Below are positions 46,914-57,226 of a stretch of DNA of 64,000 nt, piece by piece. The DNA lies in contig OZ241907.1 in NCBI GenBank assembly GCA_965203515.1, positions 1,184,001 to 1,248,000 on the forward strand, written 5' to 3'. Source of the DNA: Spirochaetia bacterium. Lineage in GTDB: Bacteria; Spirochaetota; Spirochaetia; SZUA-6; Bin103. The translations under genes and the position numbers were made by a program. Positions within the stretch are counted from its first letter, which is position 1. Each line of letters starts with the position of its first letter. The notes beneath the pieces were generated by a model that was given only the letters and a program-made list of their open reading frames with translations, ran no database searches and was not told the DNA's origin.

Positions 46914-47824
46914 CGGCGATGCCCGAAGGCCCGCGGCGCTCCCCGGCGATCGGCTTTCTGATCCGTCTGGTACGGGAAAAGCCGTTGGGGGCGGTGGGGC
47001 TGGCGATCACGGTGCTGCTGCTCTTCACCGGTATCTTCGCCGATCTTCTGGCGCCGTACGGCATGAACGAGATGCACACCGACGAGCGGTTGGCGCCGCC
47101 GTCGGCCCGGTTCTGGCTGGGCACCGACAACCTGGGGCGCGACCTGCTCAGCCGGGTGATCTACGGGGCGCGGGTGTCGATGATCGTCGGCCTTGCGGGC
47201 AGCGCCGTGGCTACCGTGATCTCGGTCGGCATCGGCATGCTGAGCGGCTACATCGGCGGCCGGTTCGACCTGATCGTGCAGCGGTTCGTCGACGCGGTGA
47301 TGTCGCTGCCGATGATCATCATCGTGGCGGTGATCATGTCGATGGTCGGCCAGGGCCTGCTGCCGCTGATCCTGGTCATGGGCATCGGCGGCGGCATCAG
47401 CGGTTCCCGTCAGTCGCGCGGCTTCACCATCAACGTGATCGGCAACGTCTACGTGCAGGCGGCGGCGGCGATCGGCTGCCGTACCGGCGCGATTCTGATC
47501 CGCCACGTCCTGCCCAACATCGCGCCGCTCATCATCGTCGGTTTCACGGTGCTGCTGCCGGGCATCATTCTCACCGAGGCGGCCTTGAGCTTCCTTGGCT
47601 ACGGTGTTCCGCCCCCGGCGCCGAGCTGGGGAGCGATGCTGAGCGGCACCAACCGCAGCTACATGTTCCTGGCGCCGTGGATGGTGCTGTGGCCGGGCGT
47701 CGCCCTGAGCGTGGTGGTCTACGGGACGCACATGTTCGGTGACGCGCTGCGCGACATCCTGGATCCGCGCTTGCGCGGCGGCGCCGGCCGCTACGGCGCC
47801 GGCCGAACCCGACGCGCGGCTTGA
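46910..47824 (+). CDS. Peptide/nickel ABC transporter permease (DppC-like)
   Basis: GTG 46910 in a GTGA overlap; LGTDNLGRDLLSRVIYGARVS, RHVLPN, EAALSFLG, GDALRDILDPR. Confidence 0.93.
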   Translation: MTAMPEGPRRSPAIGFLIRLVREKPLGAVGLAITVLLLFTGIFADLLAPYGMNEMHTDERLAPPSARFWLGTDNLGRDLLSRVIYGARVSMIVGLAGSAVATVISVGIGMLSGYIGGRFDLIVQRFVDAVMSLPMIIIVAVIMSMVGQGLLPLILVMGIGGGISGSRQSRGFTINVIGNVYVQAAAAIGCRTGAILIRHVLPNIAPLIIVGFTVLLPGIILTEAALSFLGYGVPPPAPSWGAMLSGTNRSYMFLAPWMVLWPGVALSVVVYGTHMFGDALRDILDPRLRGGAGRYGAGRTRRAA

Positions 47825-47910
47825 CAGCGGGCGTGACATGTGATGGATGTAACGGTAGCTCGGCTCGTCGACCGGAACCATTCGACTGCAGGGCGATCAG
47901 GAGGAGAGAC

Positions 47911-49656
47911 GTGAAGAAGCGATCATCGGCTCGTTCGGCGGGGGCGCTGCTGGCGGCCGCCCTGGCCTTGATCGGATTCCCCGCATGGGGCGCGGGCGAA
48001 GGCGAGGATGCCGCCGCCGCGACCGAAGATTCGATGTACGGCGGCGCCGCGGCCCTCTATTTCTGGGGTCAGGACGTGCCGACGGCCGATCTCGGCCTCA
48101 ATCAATGGGTCACCCGCATGTACATCAGCCCGGTGCTGGAGCGCCTGGTAGAGGCGGACTTCGTCCGGTACGGCCCGCGCGGCACGGGCGAGTTCACGGG
48201 CTTCACCAGCGACGACGTGCCCGAGCAGTACTCGCGCGGCGCGCTGGCGGAGAGCTGGGAGATCACCGCCGACCGGATGGTGTTCCGCATCCGCCCCGGC
48301 GTGACGTGGGCGGCCGACGGCAAGGAGCACGTCATGCAGTCGCGCCCCTATACCGCCGAGGATTGCGCGTTCGCGCTGAACCGGATCGCCGACTACGGCG
48401 GCGGCTGGTGGCGCACGGAAAACGGCGGCTTCATCGACGCGATCCACGCCGAGGACGAGACGACCTGCGTGGTCGAGACCAGCCGGTTCAGTCCGAGCGG
48501 CTTTGCCAACGTCGCGCAGCACGCCGGCTCCGGGCACTACCCGGCGGAGGTGATCGAAGCCGGCCCCGGAAGCTGGGATAACCTGGTCGGCACCGGCCCC
48601 TTCCTGGTGAAGGAGGCGGTGGTCGGATCGCACATCGCGTTCGAGCGGAACCCGCAATACTGGCGGACCACGACCATCGACGGCACCGAGTATCGACTGC
48701 CGTTCATCGATGAGTTCGTCATGCCCAACCTGCCGGACGAATCGACGCAGATCGCCTCACTGCGGACCGGGAAGCTCGACATCATGGGCACCGTGAGCGT
48801 CAAGTACCGGGAGACTCTGGCGGAGACGTCGCCGGAGCTGCGGAGCCAGGGCTGGGTGGAGATCTGGCCGGTGGTGGTGGCGTTGAACACGAACAACGAG
48901 TACCTCGCCAACAAGCAGGTGCGCCGGGCGTTGATGATGGCGGTCGATCAGGAGACGATCATCGACGCGGTCTGGGGGTATGGAGCGCTCTACAACTTTC
49001 CGGTCGACTGGCGGGACGGTTCGAGCGTACTGGGCGATTTCGATCAGCTGCCGGAATCGATCAGGGAGCTGTATCAGTACAACCCGGACAAGGCGCGGCA
49101 GACGCTGGCGGACGCCGGGTACCCGGACGGCTTCCAGCTCGAGATCGCCTTTACGCCGGCCGCGACCGCCGGCACCCATGGTGAAATCGCGACCATGATG
49201 GCGGGGTACTTCAACGACATCGGCGTCGACCTGGAGTTGAAGTCGATGGAGCGGACCGCGCTCGCCGCGTTGCGGTCGTCCCGTACCGGCTATGACCTGT
49301 TCGCCACCAACTCGTCGTCCAACAATCCGTACGGCATGTTCGGGGCGCTGGCGTCGGCGGATGAGTCGAACGCCTGGAACACCCCCAACTACGACAACGC
49401 CGCGTTCGGGGCGCTGCACGAGCAGGCGGGGGCGACGGTCGACGCCGCCGCGCGCGATGCGATTCTCAAGGAGATGTCGCTGATGCTGATGGACGACGCG
49501 GCCTACATTCCGATCGGAGCCAGCGGCCGGTTCGTCTACTGGTGGCCCTGGATCAGGAACTACTACGGCGAGGCGATGAGCGGCGGCACCAGCGTCGGGC
49601 CCTACATGTCCCATCTGTGGATCGACCAGGCGCTGAAGGAGGAGATGGGATACTAG
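47911..49656 (+). CDS. ABC transporter substrate-binding protein (family 5)
   Basis: AGGAGGAG RBS before GTG 47911; signal peptide; LAESWE, VGTGPF, VRRALMMAVD, YNPDKARQTLADAGYPDGF. Confidence 0.9.
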   Translation: MKKRSSARSAGALLAAALALIGFPAWGAGEGEDAAAATEDSMYGGAAALYFWGQDVPTADLGLNQWVTRMYISPVLERLVEADFVRYGPRGTGEFTGFTSDDVPEQYSRGALAESWEITADRMVFRIRPGVTWAADGKEHVMQSRPYTAEDCAFALNRIADYGGGWWRTENGGFIDAIHAEDETTCVVETSRFSPSGFANVAQHAGSGHYPAEVIEAGPGSWDNLVGTGPFLVKEAVVGSHIAFERNPQYWRTTTIDGTEYRLPFIDEFVMPNLPDESTQIASLRTGKLDIMGTVSVKYRETLAETSPELRSQGWVEIWPVVVALNTNNEYLANKQVRRALMMAVDQETIIDAVWGYGALYNFPVDWRDGSSVLGDFDQLPESIRELYQYNPDKARQTLADAGYPDGFQLEIAFTPAATAGTHGEIATMMAGYFNDIGVDLELKSMERTALAALRSSRTGYDLFATNSSSNNPYGMFGALASADESNAWNTPNYDNAAFGALHEQAGATVDAAARDAILKEMSLMLMDDAAYIPIGASGRFVYWWPWIRNYYGEAMSGGTSVGPYMSHLWIDQALKEEMGY

Positions 49657-49691
49657 CGCGGGACCGCCGGCGGCCCTGATGGGCGGTTCCG

Positions 49692-50714
49692 ATGGATAGG
49701 GTGCTGTTCATCGGCGGACCGGGGAACATCTCCGGCGGTTGCGCCGAGGAACTGATCGCCGGCGGTCACCCGCTGGCGATCCTCAAGCGCACCGAAAACA
49801 CCGATCCGAAGTTGGCCGACGCGGTGCGCTTCTACCGCGGCGACCGGAGCCGCCCGGCCGACCTGAAGGCGGCGCTGGACGACTTCCGGCCGCACGCGGT
49901 GATCGATTTCGTCTGCTTCGATCCGCAGCGGGTGGAGGAACTGGGGCGGCTGCTGCCGGGCACGGTGCGGCAGTACGTGCTGGTGAGCACGGTCGACGCG
50001 TACGGGTACCCGCTGTCCCGGCTGCCGATGCGCGAGGACGATCCCCGGGCGCCGACCCGGGACCCGTACGGCGCGCGCAAGCGGCGCTGCGAGGAGGTGG
50101 TCGCCCGGCTGGAGGCCGAGGCGGGCCTGCCGGCCACGATCGTGCGCCCCACCTACTCCTTCGGGGTCCGCAGCGGCATGATGTCGTTCCTTGCCTGGGG
50201 AGGCATGGCCGCGCAGGTGCCCAGGATGCGGGCCGGCCGACCGGTCCTGGTGCCGGGCGGCGGCAACACGATCCTGCACGCCAGTTGCGCGCGCGATACG
50301 GGACGAATGATCGCGCGCGTGGTGCAGGGACGGTCGACGGCGGCCGGCAAGAGCTACACGTGCGGGCACGACGGCGCCCTCACCTTCGACCAGTACCTGC
50401 AACTCGTCGGGAACGTGCTCGGCGTCGAGCCCGAGTTGGTGCACGTGCCGGTGGAGGTACTGCTGGCGATCGACAGCGAGGAGATACGACAGAGCTTCGT
50501 GCCCCGGCTGACCCGCTACAACACGTGCTTCTCGGTCGAGTCGTTCAAGCGTGACTTCCCCGACTTCGCATGGAGCATGAGTCTGGAGGATGGGGTCCGG
50601 GAGTACGTCGACTGGTATGACCGCCGCGGGCTGTTTGCCGACGCCGGCCGGGAGATCTGCGAGGATCGGGTCATCCGCGCGTGGCGCGCGTGCCTGGCGC
50701 ACTTTCGGCCGTGA
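49692..50714 (+). CDS. NAD-dependent epimerase/dehydratase family protein
   Basis: IGGPGNIS, LVST, YGARK, IVRP. Confidence 0.85.
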   Translation: MDRVLFIGGPGNISGGCAEELIAGGHPLAILKRTENTDPKLADAVRFYRGDRSRPADLKAALDDFRPHAVIDFVCFDPQRVEELGRLLPGTVRQYVLVSTVDAYGYPLSRLPMREDDPRAPTRDPYGARKRRCEEVVARLEAEAGLPATIVRPTYSFGVRSGMMSFLAWGGMAAQVPRMRAGRPVLVPGGGNTILHASCARDTGRMIARVVQGRSTAAGKSYTCGHDGALTFDQYLQLVGNVLGVEPELVHVPVEVLLAIDSEEIRQSFVPRLTRYNTCFSVESFKRDFPDFAWSMSLEDGVREYVDWYDRRGLFADAGREICEDRVIRAWRACLAHFRP

Positions 50715-50741
50715 CGCCGGACTTAGGGCGGCGGGAATGAG

Positions 50742-52718
50742 GTGATGATGAGCCGGTCCAAGTACCACTACCCCAGTCCGCACAGCAGGATGAAGGGGCC
50801 GGCGGTCGGGCAGAGCCGCTGGACCGACGGGTTCTGGGCGGACCGCTTCGCCCTCTGCCGCCGTACGATCCTGCCGAGCATGCGCCGGGCGCTCGAACAT
50901 CCCGACAACACGGCGCGCCTGGGCTATTTCCGGATTGCGGCCGGCCTGGAAGAGGGCGAACACCGGGGAACCGACTGGAGCGACGGCGACTGCTACAAGT
51001 GGCTGGAGGCGATGGCGCACGTCTACGGCGTAACCCGGGATGCGGCTCTGGACCGGCAGATGGACGAGGTCATCGGCTGGATCGCCGCCGCCCAGCAGCC
51101 GGACGGCTACCTCAACACCCAGATCACGTTGGACCCGACCAGGCGGCGCTGGCAGGACGTCCACCACCACGAGCTGTACAACATCGGGCACTGCCTCTCC
51201 GCGGCCGCCGTGCACTACGAAGCGACCGGCAAGCGGAGCCTGCTGCAGGTCGCCGTGAAGCTGGCGGACTACCTGTACGGGGTGTTCGCGCCGACGCCCG
51301 CGGCGCTCGCCAACTTCGGCTTCAATCCGTCGCAGATCGTCGGGCTGGTCGACCTGTATCGGGTGACCGGCGACCGGCGCTACCTCGAGCTGGCCGACAT
51401 CTTCGTCACCAACCGCGGCGCGGCGCCCGACCCCGGCGTCAACGGCGACCAGAATCAGGATCGGGTACCGCTCCGCGAAGAGACCGCGGCGGTCGGGCAC
51501 GCGGTAACCGCCACCTACCTGTGGGCGGGCGCCGCCGACGTCTACGCCGAGACCGGTGAGACCTCCCTGCGCGCCGCGCTGGAGCGGATCTGGCGCGACG
51601 TGGTCACCACCAAGCTCTACCTGACCGGGGCGGTGGGGGCGCACCACTACGGCGCCTCGATCCGGCGCGATCCCGTGCACGAGGCGTTCGGCCTGCCGCA
51701 TGAACTGCCCAACGCCACCGCCTATACCGAGACCTGCGCCAACATCGGGCAGGCGATGTGGGCGCGGCGGATGACCGCGCTCACCGGCGACGCCGCCTGC
51801 GCCGACGTGCTGGAGCAGGTGATCTACAACAGCGGGCTGTCGGGGATGAGCGCCGACGGCACCCGGTTCTGCTACACCAACCCGTTGCGCTGGTACGGAG
51901 CCGGGCACCGCCGCCTCAGCAACGACACCGCCGAGCGCTGGTTCACCCACCATTGCTACTGCTGCCCGCCGCAGGTGGCGCGCACCATCGCCAAGCTGCA
52001 CCGATGGGCGTATGGGCTGGCGGATGACGCGGTGTGGGTCCACATCTACGGCGGCAGCCGCCTGCAGGCCGAGGTCGCCGGAGGCCGGCTGGTGCTGACT
52101 CAGGAGACCGATTACCCCTGGGACGGCACGGTCACCATCACGATCCGCGAGGCGCCGCCGCAGCCGATCGCCCTGCACCTCAGGGTACCCGGTTGGGCAT
52201 CGGGGGCGGAGCTCTCCGTGGCCGGGTCGGCGGTCGACGCCGGGTCGGCGGTCGACACCGCGGCGGCGGTCGAAACCGTCGAGGCCGTACCGGGCACCTA
52301 CGCCTGCGTGCGCAGGCGATGGCGGGCGGGAGACGCGGCGACTCTGAGGCTGCCGCTGCGCGCCGAACTGGTCACCGCCCATCCGCGCCTGGAGCAGAAC
52401 CGGAATCAGGCCGCGGTGATGCTCGGCCCGGTGGTCTACTGCCTCGAACAGGTCGATCTGGACGCCGGGACACCGCTGGACGAAGTGCTCCTGCCGCGTG
52501 ACTTTGCGCCCGCGGTGCGCTACCGGGCCGACGTGCTGGGGGGCGTCGCGGTGCTTCAGGGTACGGCGATCCGGGCCCGGGGCGCGGCCTGGAACGGCGA
52601 GTTGTACCGCCGGCGGGAGGCACGGAAACCGGAGCCGGTTTCGATCCGGATGATCCCGTACTTCGCCTGGCACAACCGGGCGGACTGCGCGATGGCGGTC
52701 TGGCTGCCGCTGGCCTGA
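50742..52718 (+). CDS. Glycoside hydrolase family 127 (beta-L-arabinofuranosidase-like)
   Basis: DGDCYKWLEA, HELYNIGH, GHAV, EAFG, YTETCAN, CYCCPP, YPWDG, IPYFAWHNR. Confidence 0.93.
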   Translation: MMMSRSKYHYPSPHSRMKGPAVGQSRWTDGFWADRFALCRRTILPSMRRALEHPDNTARLGYFRIAAGLEEGEHRGTDWSDGDCYKWLEAMAHVYGVTRDAALDRQMDEVIGWIAAAQQPDGYLNTQITLDPTRRRWQDVHHHELYNIGHCLSAAAVHYEATGKRSLLQVAVKLADYLYGVFAPTPAALANFGFNPSQIVGLVDLYRVTGDRRYLELADIFVTNRGAAPDPGVNGDQNQDRVPLREETAAVGHAVTATYLWAGAADVYAETGETSLRAALERIWRDVVTTKLYLTGAVGAHHYGASIRRDPVHEAFGLPHELPNATAYTETCANIGQAMWARRMTALTGDAACADVLEQVIYNSGLSGMSADGTRFCYTNPLRWYGAGHRRLSNDTAERWFTHHCYCCPPQVARTIAKLHRWAYGLADDAVWVHIYGGSRLQAEVAGGRLVLTQETDYPWDGTVTITIREAPPQPIALHLRVPGWASGAELSVAGSAVDAGSAVDTAAAVETVEAVPGTYACVRRRWRAGDAATLRLPLRAELVTAHPRLEQNRNQAAVMLGPVVYCLEQVDLDAGTPLDEVLLPRDFAPAVRYRADVLGGVAVLQGTAIRARGAAWNGELYRRREARKPEPVSIRMIPYFAWHNRADCAMAVWLPLA

Positions 52719-52775
52719 GCGCAGGCGCCGGCTCGCCGCGGCGACGCATGGGGCGCCGTTCAGCTATGATCGCCT

Positions 52776-54629
52776 ATGGCGAACGAAGCTGAGCGGCAGC
52801 GGCTGTACCGGGTGCGCCACAGTCTGGCGCACGTGATGGCGCAGGCGGTGGTCGAACGCTACCCGGATGCGAAGATGGGTATCGGCCCTCCCATCGACAC
52901 GGGGTTCTACTACGACTTCGACCTGGGTGCGGGCGAAGACGGCCGGCCGCGCTCCTTCACCGCCGAAGACGTCGAGCGGATCGAGCGGCGCATGCGGCAG
53001 ATCATCGGCGGGCGCTACCCGTTCGAGTACCGCACGCTGAGCGCCCGGGAAGCGCGCGCCCGGTTCGCCGATCAGCCCTACAAGCTGGAGATGATCGACG
53101 CGATCCTGGCCGGCGGCGCCGACGAGTACGGACAGGACCGGGCGGGGCCGGATCAGGGGGACCACGCCGGGGACGGCGCCGCCGCGCCGGTTCTCAGCAC
53201 CTACCGCCAGAGCGATTTCGAGGACCTCTGCCGCGGACCGCACGTCGAGCACACCGGGCAGATCCCGGCCGACGCCTTCGCGCTGCAGAGCGTGGCCGGC
53301 GCCTATTGGCGCGGCGACGAGCGCAACCCGATGCTGCAGCGCATCTACGGCACCGCCTGGCTGCGCAAGCAGGACCTGCGCGCGCACCTGCAGATGCTGG
53401 AGGAGGCCAAGAAACGCGACCACCGCCGCCTCGGCCGCGACCTGGAGCTGTTCGCCTTCGACGACGAGGTGGGTCCGGGGCTGCCGCTCTGGCTGCCGCG
53501 CGGCGCGGTGCTGATCGAGGAGCTGGAGAAGCTCGCCAAGGAGGTCGAGTTCGCCGCCGGCTACGACCGCGTATGCACGCCGCACCTGGCCAAGGAGGCG
53601 TTGTTTCGGCGCAGCGGCCACCTGCCCTACTACGCCGAGAGCATGTATCCGCCCATGCAGACGGAGGGCATCTCCTACTACGTCAAACCGATGAACTGCC
53701 CCTTCCACCACAAGATCTTCGCCGAACGGCCGCGCAGCTACCGCGACCTGCCGATGCGCCTGGCCGAGTACGGCACCTGCTACCGCTACGAGCAATCGGG
53801 CGAGCTGTACGGCCTGATGCGGGTGCGCTCGATCCAGCAGAACGACGCCCACATCTACTGCGCCGAGGAGCAGTTCGAGGAGGAGTTCCTGGCGGTCGTC
53901 GACATGTACCTGGGCTACTTCGAGTTGCTGGGCATCGACCGCTACGGCATGCGGCTGAGCACCCACCACGAGCGCGGCCTGGGCAAGAAGTACGTGGACG
54001 ACCCGCGCCTCTGGCGCAAGACCGAGGAGATGGTGCGGCGAGCGATGCAGCGCTCCGGCGTGCCTTACGAGGAGGTCGCCGACGAAGCGGCCTTCTACGG
54101 CCCCAAGATCGACGTGCAGGTGTGGGGCGCCGCCGGCCGTGAGTTCAGCCTGGCCACCAATCAGGTCGACTTTGCGGTGCCGCCGCGCTTCGACCTGTCG
54201 TTCGTCAACCGCGACGGCCGGGACGAAACGCCGCTGTGCATCCACCGCGCGCCGCTCGGGTCGCACGAACGGTTCATCGGCTTCCTGATCGAGCACTTCG
54301 CCGGCAGCTTCCCGGTGTGGCTGGCGCCCGAGCAGGTGCGCGTGGTGCCGGTCCGATCGGACCACCTCGACGCCGCCGGAGCGCTGGCCGCCGCCCTGCG
54401 CAAGTTCGGCATCCGCGCGCAGGCCGACCTGGGCGCCGATCGCATGAACCGCAAGATCCGCGAGGCGCAGATGATGAAGGTCCCCTACATGGCCGTGATC
54501 GGCGACCGGGAGGCAGCCGAAGGCACCGTGGCGCTGCGCACCCGCGCCGGCGCGCGGGAGACGCTTGCCCGGCAGGCGTTCATCGACCGCGTCCGGGACC
54601 GCATCGCCAGCCGCTCGCGCGAGCTGTGA
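52776..54629 (+). CDS. thrS: Threonine--tRNA ligase (short form without N-terminal TGS domain)
   Basis: RHSLAHVMAQAV, DLCRGPH, GAYWRG, RDHRRLG, KPMNCP, AAFYGPKID, HRAPLGSHERF. Confidence 0.97.
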   Translation: MANEAERQRLYRVRHSLAHVMAQAVVERYPDAKMGIGPPIDTGFYYDFDLGAGEDGRPRSFTAEDVERIERRMRQIIGGRYPFEYRTLSAREARARFADQPYKLEMIDAILAGGADEYGQDRAGPDQGDHAGDGAAAPVLSTYRQSDFEDLCRGPHVEHTGQIPADAFALQSVAGAYWRGDERNPMLQRIYGTAWLRKQDLRAHLQMLEEAKKRDHRRLGRDLELFAFDDEVGPGLPLWLPRGAVLIEELEKLAKEVEFAAGYDRVCTPHLAKEALFRRSGHLPYYAESMYPPMQTEGISYYVKPMNCPFHHKIFAERPRSYRDLPMRLAEYGTCYRYEQSGELYGLMRVRSIQQNDAHIYCAEEQFEEEFLAVVDMYLGYFELLGIDRYGMRLSTHHERGLGKKYVDDPRLWRKTEEMVRRAMQRSGVPYEEVADEAAFYGPKIDVQVWGAAGREFSLATNQVDFAVPPRFDLSFVNRDGRDETPLCIHRAPLGSHERFIGFLIEHFAGSFPVWLAPEQVRVVPVRSDHLDAAGALAAALRKFGIRAQADLGADRMNRKIREAQMMKVPYMAVIGDREAAEGTVALRTRAGARETLARQAFIDRVRDRIASRSREL

Positions 54630-54695
54630 CGCCGGCCAGGGATGGCGCCGGCGGGGATGGCGCCGGCCGCACGATTGTGGTATCCTCCGTTCGCA

Positions 54696-54769
54696 GGGCA
54701 ATTAGCTCAGCTGGATAGAGCGCTGGCCTCCGGAGCCAGAGGTCGTGGGTTCGAATCCCGCATTGCCCG
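54696..54769 (+). tRNA. tRNA-Arg(CCG), CCA not encoded
   Basis: Acceptor GGGCAAT/ATTGCCC, D-arm AGCTCAGCTGGATAGAGC, anticodon arm CTGGC-CTCCGGA-GCCAG, T-loop GGTTCGAATCC; TGG-TATCCT upstream. Confidence 0.96.
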
Positions 54770-54783
54770 TCACGCGATGCCCG

Positions 54784-55701
54784 TTACGCGGTCGTCGGTG
54801 CTCCGAATACCCGCCGGACCGTTGCCCGCACCGCCTCGCGCGCCGCTCCCTCGAGCGACCGGCGGGGCCGGCGCAGGCGGGCGTTGGGCACCAGCCCGTG
54901 CAGTTCCATGGCCGCCTTGACGCTCTCCAGCCAGCCGTGCTCGACGGCCACCGGCAGCCACCGGTCCTCGTACCGCTCGACCATCCCCCACGCCGCCTCC
55001 ACCTCACCGGCCTGCAGGTGCCCGTAGAACCGCAGCGCCAGGTCGGGACGAAAGGGAGCCACGGTGCAGAGCCAGGCGGCGCCGCCCAGCGGATGGCCGA
55101 ACATGAAGTTGCGCATCTGGCCGCCGCTGATCACCGCGAAGCGCTCGTCGGCAGTGGCGCGCAGCAGGTCGTAGTAGGCGTAGAACGGATCGCCGTCGTT
55201 CTTGATCCCGACCACTTCGTCGCGGGCCGCCAGCTCGCGCACGGCCGCGATCGGATACGGGTCGGGCCACGCTCCCCACAGCAGCAGCGGGATGCCGGCC
55301 GCGCCGCGGATGGCGTCGAAGTAGCCGACCAGCACCTCCCGCTCCTGGCCGAGCCACGGATTGATCTGCACCTTGACCGCGTCGGCGCCGGCCGCATCGG
55401 CGTGCCGCAGGAACCGCCGACACTCGTCGATGCTCCAGTAGCCGGTCGACGTCACGAACAGCGACCGGCCGGCCACGGTGCGCGCGAACAGCTCGGTGAG
55501 CTTCCAGATCTCCTCGGCCGAAAGGGCGGCGAACTCGCTGCTGCCGTAGGTCAGCAGCACGACCGGAACCCGCTGCTCGCACAGCCAGTCGACGTAGCGG
55601 CGCATCGCGTCGTAGTCGATCGAATCGTCGGCCGCGAAGCAGACGTTGACCGGGACCACCGGCCCCTTGAGCCGATCGACGACCCCGGCGGCGCGGCTCA
55701 C
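54784..55701 (-). CDS. DapA/NAL-family (dihydrodipicolinate synthase-like) lyase
   Basis: LKGPVVP, IDYDAMRRYVDWL, YGSSEF..LS.EE, VVGIKND; GTGA coupling to the cupin gene. Confidence 0.85.
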   Translation of the reverse strand: MSRAAGVVDRLKGPVVPVNVCFAADDSIDYDAMRRYVDWLCEQRVPVVLLTYGSSEFAALSAEEIWKLTELFARTVAGRSLFVTSTGYWSIDECRRFLRHADAAGADAVKVQINPWLGQEREVLVGYFDAIRGAAGIPLLLWGAWPDPYPIAAVRELAARDEVVGIKNDGDPFYAYYDLLRATADERFAVISGGQMRNFMFGHPLGGAAWLCTVAPFRPDLALRFYGHLQAGEVEAAWGMVERYEDRWLPVAVEHGWLESVKAAMELHGLVPNARLRRPRRSLEGAAREAVRATVRRVFGAPTTA

Positions 55702-56072
55702 GACCGCCCTTCCGCGGCGTCGGCGGCGCGGTAGTGGAACAGCATGCGCACCGGCTCCTCGATCTCCCACGTACAGCGGCTGCCGGCGCGAATCAGAATC
55801 GCCTGCCCGGCGCGGTAGGTGGCGCTGCGGCCGTCCTGATCGGTGATGCGCGCGCGCCCCGCGATCAGATAGATCGTCTCGTCGCCGGCATACCGGGACC
55901 GGAACGAGCCGGCCGTGCAGGTCCACACGGCGATCCAGGTCCGGTCATCGGCAGCGCGGTAGAGATCCCGCGACGCCATCCGCGGCTGCCCGGCGATGAT
56001 CTGCTCGGCAGGCATCCGCCACGGCTCCAGGTCGTCGGTCATCACGTCCAGCACCGGGATCGGCGTTCCCAT
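55698..56072 (-). CDS. Cupin domain protein (DUF861/EutQ-like)
   Basis: VWTCTAG, DETIYLIAG, AGSRCTWEI. Confidence 0.82.
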   Translation of the reverse strand: MGTPIPVLDVMTDDLEPWRMPAEQIIAGQPRMASRDLYRAADDRTWIAVWTCTAGSFRSRYAGDETIYLIAGRARITDQDGRSATYRAGQAILIRAGSRCTWEIEEPVRMLFHYRAADAAEGRS

Positions 56073-56200
56073 GACGCGCCATTGTCCACGGCGCGGCGCG
56101 GAATGGCAATGGGGCCGTGCCATGGTTCGCGATCCGCGTCGTGCCGGTGCGGGCCGCCGCCATTGGACGGGCCGCCGCGGCGCGCCTATGATGCCGTGCC

Positions 56201-57214
56201 GTGGCGGTCATGCCCTCGACCCGGAAGGCCGGAGCGGCTTCCGCCCGGGGGAGGCCGGCGCTGGCGGCCGCCGGCCTCGGCGCGCGGCTTGCGCGTTACA
56301 AGTACTTCTACCTGCTGCTGCTGCCGGCGATTCTGTTCTACTTCATCTTCAACTACATCCCCATGTACGGGATCGTGCTGGCGTTCAAGCACTACCGGTT
56401 CAACATGCCCAGCGCGCTCGGCAACCTGCCGATCGTCAGCTACGTCGGTCAGATCATGAACATGGAGTGGGTGGGGCTGCAGTGGTTCGAGATGCTGTGG
56501 GGCAGGCCCGACTTCCGGCGGGCCTTCACCAACACCCTGCTCATCAGCTTCTACCGCATCCTGTTCGGATTCCCCGCGCCGATCATCCTGGCGCTGCTGA
56601 TGAACGAAGTGCAGCGCAACGGCGTCAAGCGCGTGTATCAAACCGTCTACACCTTCCCCCACTTCCTGTCCTGGGTACTGGTCGCCGGCGTGCTGATCGG
56701 CATCCTCAGCACCAATGGCGCGCTCAATCAGCTGGTCGTGAAGCTCGGCGGTGAACGGACCCCGTTTCTGACCGACACCTCCCTGTTCCGGGGACTGCTG
56801 GTGAGTACGGAGATCTGGAAGAGCGTCGGCTGGGGATCGATCATCTTCCTTGCGGCGATCGCCGGCATCGATCCGCAGCTCTACGAGGCGGCGACCATCG
56901 ACGGGGCCGGCCGCTGGAAGAGCATGCTGCACATCACGTGGCCGGGCATCACCACGACCGCCGTGATCCTCCTGATCCTGCAGGTGGGAAACATCCTCAA
57001 CGCGGGTTTCGATCAGGTCCTCAACATGATGAACCCCGCCGTGTACGAGGTCGGCGACATCATCGACACCTATGTCTTCAGGATGTCCTTCTGGGACTCG
57101 AAGAACTTCGGCTTCACCACCGCCGTGGGCCTCTTCAAGTCGGTCATCAACTTCACGCTCCTGGTGGCCGCCAATCAGGGCGCCCGGTTGCTCGGCCAAC
57201 ACGGACTGTTCTAG
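56201..57214 (+). CDS. Carbohydrate ABC transporter permease (LplB-like)
   Basis: FNYIPMYG, PHFLSWV, LYEAATIDGAGRW, DIIDTYVF, AVGLFKSV. Confidence 0.93.
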   Translation: MAVMPSTRKAGAASARGRPALAAAGLGARLARYKYFYLLLLPAILFYFIFNYIPMYGIVLAFKHYRFNMPSALGNLPIVSYVGQIMNMEWVGLQWFEMLWGRPDFRRAFTNTLLISFYRILFGFPAPIILALLMNEVQRNGVKRVYQTVYTFPHFLSWVLVAGVLIGILSTNGALNQLVVKLGGERTPFLTDTSLFRGLLVSTEIWKSVGWGSIIFLAAIAGIDPQLYEAATIDGAGRWKSMLHITWPGITTTAVILLILQVGNILNAGFDQVLNMMNPAVYEVGDIIDTYVFRMSFWDSKNFGFTTAVGLFKSVINFTLLVAANQGARLLGQHGLF

Positions 57215-57226
57215 GTACGCCCGGCC

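Noticed and set aside
45125..47824. 899-aa ankyrin-permease fusion ORF
   Set aside because: Product of the 8-bp duplication. The middle overlaps dppB out of frame and is not protein-like, and dppC has its own GTGA-coupled start.
47821..47861. Perfect TTGACA upstream of the family-5 SBP
   Set aside because: No convincing -10 hexamer at 16-18 nt spacing.
54696..54800. tRNA-Arg as an integration site for a mobile element
   Set aside because: No integrase, and no duplicated tRNA 3' end was seen in the window.
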